Shown here: positions 8,032-20,600 of the stretch, in pieces
How the letters are laid out: each line of letters begins with the position of its first letter
Numbering within the stretch: position 1 is the first letter of the stretch
DNA from: Monocercomonoides exilis PA203
Taxonomy: Eukaryota > Protista > Preaxostyla
Assembly: GCA_001643675.2 (NCBI GenBank)
Contig: LSRY02000015.1
Span: 620,001 to 684,000 of the forward strand
Length of the DNA stretch: 64,000 nt
Direction of reading: 5' to 3'
Position numbers and translations under genes: made by a program
Notes under the pieces: model-generated
Seen by the model: only the letters and a program-made list of their open reading frames with translations
The model's database searches: none
What the model was told of the DNA's origin: nothing

Positions 8032-11000
8032 GGATGGAGGAGGTGCACAGGGAAAACAAAGCAGCAGCCAGGACTCGTCCCGCCCAGCAGACTATTCTCT
8101 TTCTGAGTCAATCTCATCCAAAGCAGTGTTCACACTGAGGAAAGCGTCGCTTGCTCACTCAGCGTGCATCTGGGCGATGGACGTGGTGCCTTCGCTGAAC
8201 CCAGCGCTGCTGGCAGTAACCGCATGCAACAAAGAGCAAACACTCGCCCAGTCCCAACAGCGTCCTCAGAACGACATTCAGTCAACTTCACTCAGTCTTG
8301 CTGCTTCTTCAGCATTGTCCCCTTCATCAGTTGTGCCTCTTGTTCCGCCAGGCTCCTTTGCTACTGCTTCGTCTGATGGTACAGTGCGCATCTGGAACTT
8401 GGACATGGCATTCCACAGACCTCACACCACAAGAACAGCTTCAGCAGCTGGAGGGTCTTCGACTTCTTCTTCTTCTTCTTCTGTGCAGATAGAAGGAAAA
8501 GCAGACATGGCCCACACGTTTTCCATAGGTGCTGCATCGCACATCCCACCGCCTTTCTTGTGCGGCCTTGTGAGAACGATTGATGTGCTGCACGATGTGG
8601 ATGCGATGAAAGGAGAGGCAAAATGGACAAGGAAGGAGACAGGCAGTCAGAATAACATGACTTCTTCTTCTTCTTCCTATTCTTCCTCTTCCTCTCCTTC
8701 TTCGGGTTTTTCAAAGAACCCTCAAATATCTTCCACATCTTCGTCTATTCAATCACTTGCCAATGCATCCACAACAAATTCTTCTTCTTCTTCATCTTCT
8801 TCTTTTGCATCTTCCCTTTCTCCAGCCACACCTGCTGTTCCCACTGCACCTTCCATCCCATCAACACTCTTCATGGAAACCACTAACTTGCCCAACCCTC
8901 CTTTTTCTTCTCCACTTCAGCTGTCTTCTACTCCTTCTGAATCTGCCTCATCAAGTCAATTATCAGTCAACCAAAATCCTCAATCACTTCAAATTCTTCC
9001 TTCTTCTTCTTCTTCCTCCACTTCGTATTCTCAGTCGATAAACCTCGCCAACCAGATGAGGGGCGTTCGTTCTCTGAAGTTCTCACCAGACGGCCTCCAT
9101 TTGGCGGTGGGCGACAGACAAGGCACACTTTATGTGTATGACCTCAGCACAACCCCGTCTTCTATGCTTCCTTCTGACTTTGCTTCGACACAGTTAAATA
9201 ATGTTGCTTTTTCTTCTTCTTCTTCCTCTTCCTCTATTGAACCCCTCAACAAACCCACTACCCTTCTCCCTTCTTCCCTCGACCCTCTCAGCCGATCAGC
9301 GCGCCACGGCACCTTCAACACAACTCCTCTCCCGCCCATCAACCTGATCTACAAGCAAGTCGCCCACGACGATGAAGTCATTTCGATTGATTATTCTGAA
9401 TACGGCTTCGGCTGGTGCGTCGACCTCAGACTGTTCGAGAAGACGCTCAAATCAACCACAAACTCACTTATTTCCTCGTTTGCTTCGCCTCTTATGTCAC
9501 CTGCCATCTCTCCAACTGGCACGCCTTTTTCTCCTTCTGGTTTCCCTTTCCTCACTGACACCACATCCTCCTCCTCCTCCTCCTCCTCTTCTTCTTCTTC
9601 TTCACTTGCAATGGCTGCAATGATTGCCTCCTCCAACGCAGCTCTCTCTCAATACGACCCTCTTTCCTGTTCTCCATTCCTTTTAGCCACCGCCAGCCGC
9701 GACCGATTCATCCACCTGTTTTCTGTGCAGAGGAGCACATACAAACCAGTCCAGTCGCTTCTTGACCACACCTCCACAGTCACTGCAGTGAAGTTTGCTG
9801 GCTCGCACACGCTGGTTTCGACAGCGACAGACAGAAGCGTGGCGTTTCGGAACGTGGCGAGGGGTGTGGGGAATGCGGAGGAGGGGGAGAGTGAAGAAGA
9901 AGAAGAAGAAGGAGAAAGAGAAGGTGAGGAAGGAGGAGAAAGAGAGAGAGAAAGAGAAGCTAATGGGAATAAAGCCAGCAAAGATAGCTCAGAATCAGCT
10001 GCCAACAAGCTGATAACAGTCGATGCATATCAGAAGGCGCATCTTTCGCGCCCTAAGTCAAGAATGCTCGACTGCTGTGTGTCTCATTCACTGACTCCGA
10101 AGCTGCTTCTCTCTTCTTCTCAAACAGTGGCACAATTGTCTTCATCATCATCTTCTTCCTCTTCCTCTTCTTCTGCTTCTTCTGCCCTTGCTGCCTCTTC
10201 TCTCTCCTCCTCCCGCTGCATCACCACCACAGTGCAGGACGGGCGCCTTATCACGTGGAAAGCGAGCACAGGACGAGCCATTGCCACAAAAAGACTCGAA
10301 AAGGGGGTCGAACCGCTGAGGATTTCGATTGACAGCACAGAAACGTTTGCGGCGGTGGTGTGTTCAGACAGGCGAGTGAGGATATACGACGTGATGGGAG
10401 TGCTGAGAGAGAAGGAGAAAGGGACGGAGGGGAAAATAAATGGAAATGCTATTGCTGCTTCTTCTTCCTCTTCTCCTTCATTACTTAGCTCCAATAATGA
10501 TACCAATACAACTTCTTCTTCCTCTTCCTCTTCTTCTTCTTCTTCTCAGCCCTTCCTCGTCCCTGTCTTTGACGAGATCGCATCCACAGGGGTGCATGGC
10601 GATGTTGTTACGTGTGCTCAGTTTGCCTCAAATGGAAGGAGGGTTCTTGTGGGCTGTGCAGATGGAAGCATTTACGTGTACCGCCTGCCGCCAGAGGTGC
10701 AGGCAGCGATTAAGAAGAAGCTGGAGGAGAAAGGGGGAGAGGCGAGGCTGTTGGTGGCGGATCATGGAGTGGAGAGGATTAGGAGGATTGTGAAGATGCA
10801 GCAGATGAGGAAGGAGAAGGAGAAGGAGAAGGAGAAGGAGAAATTTAAAATAGAAGAAGAGAAAGAGAAAGAGAAAGAGAAAGAAAAAGAAACGAAAGAA
10901 GAGAAGGAGAGCAAAGGTGATCTTTCAATTGATCAAAAAGTAGATGTGTTGAATGATGATATTGACAAGCTCTTTGGCCAAGCCGACGAAATCCTCAAAG

Positions 11001-14000
11001 AAGATGTGGGAGGAAAAGCAAGCACAGAGGAAAAAGACAAAATAAGAGAGAAAGAAGAAGAAGTTGTTGTGAGTTCAGCACTTGAAGCTGGCGCGCTGCC
11101 TGTTATGAGCAAAGAAGCATCAGCTGCATTGACAATAGCTTCTTCTTCTGCTTCTTCTGCTTCTTCAGGTTCAACAACAACAACTTTATCTTCCACTTCG
11201 TCAACTCTCTCCTTTTCCATCACATCTCAGCTCCATCCACCAACACACCCTCCTCCTCCTCCGCCTCCTTCTTCTTCGCTTAATCGTTTGTCTCAACAGC
11301 GCTCTTCAAATACTTCTGTTGCTGCTGCTGCCACTTCGAATGAGTCTTCTTCAAACAGAGCAGCAGCAACAACAACACCAAAAAGAGCATATCGTTCAGA
11401 ATCGCCTGTGATGCATTCACAAAATGAAAATATTTCTTCTTCCTCCTCTTCTTCTTCAACATCTTCAGACAACTTCAAAAATCCACAAAAATCACCTCGC
11501 GTTGGCCGAAGCAGAGTGCGTTCTGAATCTCCGCGGCCTGGAAACAATAGCAATGTTAATAACAGAAGTGATAGAGGAGGAGGAGGAGGTGAAGGAAAAG
11601 GAGCATTTAGCACAGGGAAATCACAAGGGGTTGTTTTCTCTCCCTTTGCACAAGTCAAAGCAGATGCTGTTATGACAGATATGACTCAGAAAAAAGGGGA
11701 AGAAAATACTTCGGCAAATGTGTTAGCAACAGCTCATCCAAACACAAATAACAGTTTTGCTGCTTCTCCTTCATCATCATCAACTTCTTCTTCTTCTGAT
11801 TCCATATCTCCAGGTACAACCACCGCCACCACCACCTCCACAATCGCAACCGCAACCACAAACCTAAGCACAGGTAACATCACATCACAGACAATGAATC
11901 TGCTTCTGACAGACCGCAAAATCCCGCTGTGGATGAAAGAATTCAAAGGAAACGAAGAAGGCGAGGCAGTTGACTCGTCGATGTTTGAGACGATTCACAT
12001 AGACGATTGCTCAGTCAATGCAACGATCTCTTTGCCGGCAGCTTCGCCTGCTGGTGGGATGGAAGGTGGAGAAGAAGAAGGGAATAAACAAGAAGGAGGA
12101 AAAAGAGGAGGAGAGGAAGGAGAAGAAGGAAGAGGAAGAGGAAGGGGATTTGGTGAGTGGATGGGCAGAGGAAACGAGAAAGAGGCGAGTTTGCCAGAAA
12201 AAAGCTATTTTCAGATGCAGAATGAGGAAATGTTTGATCAAATGGAAGGAAACAGAGGGACAAATTCAACAGATCCTTCTTCTTCTTCTTCTTCTTTGAA
12301 TAAAGAAGAAAAAGCGAAAAGAAGCAAGTATTTGATGACTGACAATGCACAAGAACTGCCAGAGAATGATGAAGTAGAAAATCCCACTCAGATTTTGCCT
12401 TCGACGCCAAAAGGTGTGAAAATAAACTGACTTTTTGAGTTTTATTGTTTTGAAGCAGTTGTGTTTTTATTTCTTTGAAGAAAGATACTTTTTTTATGTT
12501 TTGATAACTTTATTCTAATGATTAATAATTTTTGATTAAAATTTCTGTGTTTTTTATTTCGTTCGAACATATTCATTTTTCTTGTCTCATATTTCTGTTC
12601 CAATTATTATTTTATTCACATTTATCAGCTGAAAGCCACATCTACTTCCCATCGCTTACTCTTTCCAGCTCTTCTGAATCAATCCAGGAATCCTCCAAAA
12701 ACACCACAAATTCCACAAAAGACCGAAAAACAAAGCGAAACGAGTATTTCGAAGAAGAAGAAGAAGAAGGCAGAGGAAACGAATTTTCGCTTTTTGGCTC
12801 AGCAAAACGGCGGCCACGTGTAACAGCGTCGCAATCACCGCCTCGACATACGCCTCGTTGGATGACGAAAGAAGAGAGAGAGGCAAGTGAAGCAGAGAAG
12901 AGGATGAGGAGAGGAAGAAAAGGAGGAGATGAGAATGGATGTGGATTTGGAAGTGGAAGTGAAGAAGATGGAAATGAAGATAGAGAAAGAGGAAGAAGAG
13001 GAGCAGAAGATGAAGAAGATGACGATTTAACTCTTCTTACCCCTCGTCGAAGAGCACAATCTGCAGATGCACTGACGTGGAGTGCAGTGTTGGAGAGAGG
13101 GGAAACTGGAATATCTCCTTCACATTCGCTGGGAAGAGGAGGAGGAGGAGAAGATGGTGAAGATGGTGAAGAGGATGAAGGGTTCTACAGATTGTGTGAT
13201 TCAGATGACGATGATGATGAGGAAGGGTATGGAGATGACTTGTCTTTGCTGTGTTTGTCTTCTGACTCGGATGAAGACAAAGATTCGGATGACCCGTTCT
13301 TCACCGAAGAAGACAGAATGAAGCGAGAGTCAAAGAGGAAAAGATTGGAAGAACAAAAATTGGCTGAAGGAGCAGCAGCTGATGGTGTTGCTTCTTCTTC
13401 TTCTTCTTCTTTGGCTGGTTACTCTTCCAGACGAAAGAAAGTTGATCCGCTTTTATCTGCATCTGTGTTTTTGCCATCTGCTGAGGATTTGAACGAGCAG
13501 ACGTTTGCTGTTACGCAGGCAGTGCGGCACGAAGATGCGAATTGGGTGCAGAAAGAGGAAGACGAAGAAGAGAGGGCAGCACAGAAAGTGGAAGAAGAGG
13601 AAGAGGAAGAAAGAAGAAGAATTGCTCTGATAGAAGAGGAGAAGATGAGAGAGAAGGAGAAGAAGAGAAAGGAGAAAGAAGAGATGATCCAAAGAGAGAA
13701 AGAGAAAGAGCGAAAGAAGGAAAAAGCAGAAAATGCCCTTCTTCGCGGGATTAAACAGCCACTCACACCACAGCCCACTCCACCGCAAGTGCTGTCACCT
13801 CATCCACAAAGTGTGTCTTCACAGAACATCACACACAAGAAAGAAGCATTGCCTGCATCGTCTTCGCTCCATCATCGTTCGCAGACAGGCGTGGCAGGAG
13901 AAAGTGGAAGAGATGCGAAGTCGTCGCAGAGAAAGAGCTTTGATCCGCTGCACAGAAGAGACAGGAAGAAAGGGGATGAAGAGGACGAGGAAGATGAGCT

Positions 14001-15251
14001 GTTTGATGGGTCAGGAGCGTTTGGAGGAAGAAGAAGTGGCGTTGGAATTGGAGGAGATGATGATGCATTCGATGAGGATGAAGGAATTGATCCATCGGAT
14101 CTTCTGTTTCCTCAACCTTCTTCATCATCCTCCTCTTCCTCTTCTTCTTCATCTTCATCTTCTTCTTCTGAGAAATCTGAACAAAACCGAAGAAAAGAAG
14201 GTGCATCGTCAAGCAGCCTCTCTACAGAAATGATCAAAAAACAGAAGAAGCCATCAAATTCCACCCAAAAGACAGAAAACAAACGCTCACAGGGAAAGCA
14301 AGCATCTTCTCTTGCATCATTCGCCCAACATCCACAATCACAGCCACAGCCTACGTTTCCAAGCCCTCTTTCGCCTTCTTTAGGACCTTCCTTCTCCTCT
14401 TCTTCCTCCTCTTCTTCTCAGAAGAATGCTCCATATTCACCAGGATTGCCTCGTGTTTCGCCTCTTTCTTCGTTCGAAGAACACGCCGAGGAGGACAGCT
14501 CGCCTCGTCACTCGCCTTCCAAACTGTCAAACATCTCTTCTCATCCTTCTTCTTCTTCCTCTTCCTCTTCTTCTTCTTATTCTACATTTCCTTCTTCTTT
14601 ATCTTCTTCTTCTTCTTCAGCCACACAGACACACAGTGCGCTTTCTGAGCTCGCCAGCTTATTCAATTCACTCTCCAACCAAGCTACCCACTCACAAACA
14701 CAAACACATTCACAAACACAGACACAGTCTTTCTCACCCACAACACTCAGAACCGACCAAAACCAGAGCCAAATCCAGAGCCAAAACCAAACACAATCTC
14801 AAATGCAGACTCAATCTGCTTTTCCCCTCACCCTCACCTCCACGCACCTCAACCTCATCCTCTCCCAAATCATCCACATGTCATCCACGTTGGACCAGCT
14901 GTCGACAGAGCTGCGGGACGAGCGGGCAAGAAGAGAGCTTTTGGAGGCGCAGGTGACTGAGCTGACAGAGAAGCAGAAGGAGCTGGTGTCGACGATTGAC
15001 GTGCTGTCACAGACAAGTGTGGTTTTTATTTATTTATTTATTTTATTATTTTATTAATAAATTCATTATTTTACTAATAAATTTATTATTCATTATTTCA
15101 TTCGTTTTTTTCTCTCTCAAATTTTATTCCTTTTGATAACTTATCAAAATATTGTGAATTGATTGCAATGTGTTTCTATCAGATCTCGAACAAAAAGAAT
15201 CGCATGAACGTATTTTGGAGCACTCTTGATTCATTCAAAGCGCATTGTTAG
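6515..15251 (+). CDS. Large WD40-repeat protein, WDR62/MAPKBP1-like, with long low-complexity insertions and a C-terminal coiled coil. Introns ~6608-6748, 6908-6964, 12414-12628 and ~15020-15182 (last exon frame uncertain).
   Basis: N-terminus LDHIIGTT..SVN|PINGDLAYASGCVVV, plus WD motifs LAHSACIW, FATASSDGTVRIW, GDRQGTLYVYD, AHDDEVISIDYS, LATASRDRFIHLF and LLDHTSTVTAVKF. The splice phases join ORFs 6764-12430 and 12532-15057 (G|CT). Confidence 0.8.
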
Positions 15252-17636
15252 TCAAGAATTGTTATTTTCTGAGCTTTCTATTAATATTATGCAAAATTTG
15301 GTATTTTTTTTTTTTTTTTTTCAATAAATCTTTTTTTTTTTTATTTTATGTCATTTCACAACCTCAAAATCAACAACTTATAACTATTTAAATTTTTTTT
15401 ATTTCATAAGCCACATCAAACAAACAAGTTGCACTTTGGATGTGTGCAAAAATATTTCCCCATCTGTGTGTATCAAATTCACATGATCTTTCTCTCATGA
15501 TATCATTCAGTCTTCCAAAAGTGGAAATCTCACTTCGATTCAAATCTTTTGAGAATGGTGGAATAATTGGGCAAAAAACATTCCAACCTTAAAAAAATAT
15601 GTGATTTTTTTTGTTATTTACATGTTCATTATTAACATTAACATTATTGCATGATACGATGATATGAGGAAAATTCTTTCTTTATGAAAAAAACAACGAT
15701 TTATTCCTCACTTTTTCAACCTTTCATAATAAGTCTTTTATTCCTATGTAAAAAAAAAAAAAATATGTTAAATCTTAAAAATATTTTTGAGTTAAGTGTG
15801 GAACAAAATTCGTTAAACAAAAAATTTCTTCCCATTTGAAAAATGAACATCTTGAAAATAGTTATGGTTTCAAAAACAATCATCCATATTTTATGAGAAC
15901 TTTTTTATAAAACTTCTGATTCAAAAACTGAAGCTATATCAAAATTATGTTCCTTTAAACATTCTATTCATCAAAAAATAAAATTTCTCTCTCAATTGAA
16001 TAGATAAACAAATTCCATTTATTTTTACAAAATAAAAATTGATAAAACCAAATGGGTTGCTTTTATGAAAAATTTTCGTTTTTCAATTAGCCCATAATTT
16101 AATTTATTTTCCTGCATTTAATATTTTCTACTTTTGTCAGTTTTATGGCAAAGTTGAGTTGCACAAATGCAACTAAAAAGCAAAACAATATTTTAATCAT
16201 GATCTTCTTCGTATGCAAAAGAGTTTTATTCGGTCTCTGTCAGATGTTTTTTGTTAACAGGAAATGGATGATTTTGAAGGCATGAAAAGCCAAATAGTCT
16301 TTATTCAATTTGAATCTTATATTCCTTTTTTGTTTTCAAGACAATACTCAATTTTATCTGAAATATTAGCAGTTCAGTTTTATGGAGTTTTTTTGAACAA
16401 ACAACGTTTATTGAGATAGACCCAAAGCGCTAAGCAAATAAAACGGATTAATTTTCTGGCCATGCGTCTTTTCAATGATGATTTGCATCCATGGACAAAG
16501 TTCGCTTGGAAAAGTGGGACGCAATGATAAAGGATGCCTTTGACTCAAAAACCTAATGTAAAATTCATAACTCATTGGCAACGATCGCTGCACAAACAAA
16601 ATTGAAGGTTTTTTTATTATTTTATTCTTTGCTTCATAGATTCATCTGTTCTTCGTTTCTAATGAAAAAATTTGAAATTATTGTCAAAAGAATCAAGAGA
16701 AAAAAAGATTTCAGGAAAAATGACGAAGAATTTGAGACAATGCCGTTGGGCAATTCTTTTTTCTTTCTAAAAGATTCATTGATGAACGATGACTATTTTG
16801 CGAAAAAAGAAACGAAAGCTCGAAATGAGATGTTTTCCAAGATATTGCAAAACAATCATAAACAAAGAATCATGAAGGAGGATTGGAAGAAGAAAACACA
16901 TCAAAAATGAAAGATTTGCGCTGCACTGGAAGGAAGACCATTGATGATTGGGAAGTATTTTTTTTTTTTTGGAAAAGTTGAATGCTTTGAAGATGAAGCA
17001 TGAGCGACAAAAGAAAATGGAAAAAGTGAAGATAATTGAAATAAATTTGACAAAACAACTCAGAAGAAATTATGAAGATTCAGAAATAGCGAATGAAAAA
17101 ATGAAAGAAAAGAAAGAGAGAAAAAAGGAAAAAATGACTTTTAAAGGAATTTGAAATGAAGTTTTTGAAACAAGGACGGTTTTGAAGTGATGGAATAATT
17201 GATGAAAATCAAATGCACCTATCAAACGAATAAAGACCTCTCTTTGAACATTCAAAGTTTGTAAAAGTATTGTTCTTTTTTTATTCCAATTTCATTTTTT
17301 AAATATTTCCAACGAAAACATCTTTTTAAATTGCTATTCTTCGTTTCATCGATAGATAATTGCACATTGAAGAATACATCGTTAGAAATGACTTCAAAAT
17401 GTTGATGTTCCTCATTCGGACAGAATAAATGAAAATCAAAGTGATTCAATAGTGGTGAAAAAGAAAAAACCAATCTTTTTCAGCTAAATGAAAAAACTAT
17501 TTCAAGATAGAATAATTGGAATGATCATCGATTTTACAAATGAAAGAAAGGCAGGAATAATCTATTATTACAAAAGTTCAAAATAATCTTTGAATTAAAT
17601 AAAAATATGGTAAATAATGACCCATAATAATTTCTT

Positions 17637-20600
17637 ATGATAATGATTCTTTTTATTTTGGCTGAGTGCTTGTATTTCACCTTTTGTGGCACAGATTCAA
17701 GTGATGCACAAAGGAATGGACATCTTTTTTATCACATTCCTGCTCAGTCTGAAAGTCATATTTTGGAGCAGGGAAGTGTTGTTCGACTGTTCTGCGAAAT
17801 ACACAATTCTTCAGTCGAATTGAAGGAAATAATGCTGGAAAAGGAATATGATAACATGACATTTGATATTGGAGCAAAATCATTCCTGCTCCTTGATGAC
17901 TGCTTGTTGATGAGAAAAAGAGGTTTCGATGGATATTTTGTCTTCAATGAAGGAACATGCGAAATGACGAACACCACTTTGAACATCGAAAAAGGAAATA
18001 ACATTTGTGAGTTGATGAAAAGTCTTGTGATGATGGAAGGAGAAGATGCGTCGTTGCTTGTGAGAAACAGTGAGTGGAAGAACATTGTGTTTTGTGGGAG
18101 TGGAAGCATTTTGAGAAATGGAGAAGGGTCATTTGAAGGAATCAAAAACTGTGCTTTTTCAAACATCACAATGAAATTCATGGAAACAGATGAAATGCTG
18201 ATTGGAAAAGTGACAATGATGAAAATGAGTTCAATGGAAGATTGCCAAGTTGAAAGATCGATGAATGTGCTGGAGGGAGGGATTGTGAGTGGAACAGAAG
18301 GATCTGCTATCTTTTCCAGCAACAATTGCACATTCCTCCACAACGAAAGAGTGGATTGGAGAGTGGGAAACACAGAAAGAAATTCAACAACTGAGACACA
18401 GACATATAAGAATGCTGAATGGAATGAATGCTCAGCTCCATGTGGAGGGGCACTGTATGTGCATGGCAATTCGAATGCTACGCTGACTGTTGAGAATTCA
18501 TCATTTGTGAAGTGCAATGCAACTTCAACAAGAGGTGGAGGTATTTTTGCATTAAACATTGCTGAATGCACAGTGAAGCATTCCACATTTATTGAGTGCT
18601 ATTGTGTTGCATCAAGCTATTTTGGTGGTGCAGGTGCAGAAATTGATGGAATTGCAAAACAAGTATTTGTTGAAAATTGCTTTTTCAAAGATGGATGGTC
18701 GAGAGATGATGGAGGTGGACTTGGAATCTGGAGTTCAAAGGCAACAAAAACAAAAGATTGTGTTTTGGACTGTTCATTCATGAATTGCAGTGGACATCAT
18801 CCAAGCAGCACAGATGGCGGAGCATTTATTAATTGGAATCCAGTTGATAAATTCGTTACAAAAAACTGTTTATTTCAAGATTGCCGCTCAAATTATCACG
18901 GTGGTGGTGTCGCTATGAGGGTATTGAGTTTTGGAGGAAGTTTGCTTTGGTTTTGCTTTTTTCATAATAACACAGCACCATATGGAAATGATATTTATAT
19001 TTCAGATAACTCGACTGATTCTCAACTTGTTTGGTGCTATTCAACAAGAACAGAAGGAGTCCGATATTATGCAGGCGGAGATAAAAGTGATTGGCTTCCC
19101 AATGAAGGAGGAAAATGCAGATTTGTTGCTTCAACTCAAAATCAGACAAATGCAAAGGACACATTCAGCTGTGGATTGAATGAAAGCTGTGCATGCCTCA
19201 CAATCAGCCATTGTCTTTCCCAAATGATTGTGGGGTTTGTGGAGGAAATCAAGGTGCTGAGTGGAACAGTTGTGGAAGGAAAAGGAGTTGATATTGGGGA
19301 GAAAACGATCTCTGTGAATGGAGTTTCGCCATCTGGCTCAGCTGTTGAAACAAAGTTTGAGGCAAATGGACTGAATCTGTTTTGTGTTGGAGCAGGGGAA
19401 TTGAGTGCGAGCGATTTGTCTGTGATTCACAATTCGTCAATTGAAAATAATCGAAGAAGCAGATTGTTTGAGGTTCAAGGGGCTGGAGGGATCAATTTGG
19501 AGAGAATGAACATTTCGATGGATGCTACTCATTCAGAAGAGAGGAGCATTCAGAACTCACTTGTGAAGATGGAAGGGGGAAGTTTGAAGATGAAAGATGT
19601 GAGATGGTCACAAACATTCAGCACCACAAGTGTGATCTCATTTTCTCAAGGATCGTCTGTTTCATTGTCTCTGGACAACAGCACATTCAGCAACATTGCA
19701 AGAACAACAGCAGGATCATCGCTGATGATTGTGGGTGAAGGGTCACATTCAATAACTCTTGAAGGATGCACAATTGATGGGTGTGGGAGTGAATACTCTG
19801 AGTTTGGAGGATGGATGATGGTTGAAATGGGGAATGTTGGTTCATTGACGATGAATGGAGGCGTTGTGAAGAACTGTTATGCCTCGACTACTCAAGGGAG
19901 AGGAGGAGGGATTGGACTGAAAGTGAGAGATATAAATGCAAACTTTCAAATTTCATCAGCATTTGAAGGGAACAGAGCCAAATGGGGAAGTGACATTTTT
20001 GTTGACTCGATCAACTTGGAGTCAACAGCAAAAAGTAGGAAAATCGCTTCGTTGACTGCTTCGTTAGAAACGATAAACAAAATTCGGGGATTCCACAATG
20101 GTGATGAAACGATTCCAATTCCTTTGTGTGCTTATCTGATTCCTTTGCCAGAAGAGATCTTTGTGAGCAATATTGATGCATTCAATCACTCTCTCTGTGG
20201 GTTTCCTGAGTTTCCCTGTCTAACACTGAGTCATTCTTTGACAAGACAAGAAGAGGAAAAGAAGATTGTTGTGAGTGGAATGATTATGATGAGTGATGAA
20301 TTGGTATTTTCTGAACAAAAACATGAAATCAGAGGAAATGATGAGCTGAGTGGCTGGACAGTCTCTGATGCAAGCTCACCATTAAACTCAGCGATGATAA
20401 CAGCAAATGTTGAAACAATCTTTTCAAAGTTGATATTCTCTCTTCCTTCTCTTTCATCACATTCAACTTTTATTTCTTCATCTTCACAACTGACTTTGTC
20501 TCATTGTTCTCTTTCCCTTCAAGACCATTCATCTGAATTGGCATTGCTATTCTTATCTTTTGAGTCTGGGACATTGGCTATTGACTCGTTTTCAGCTTCT

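Noticed and set aside
7447-14956. Many short overlapping ORFs within the WD40 gene
   Set aside because: Products of microsatellite low-complexity sequence (poly-L, poly-E, poly-K).
16575-17473. Lys/Phe-rich short ORFs
   Set aside because: AT-rich intergenic sequence with no recognisable domain.
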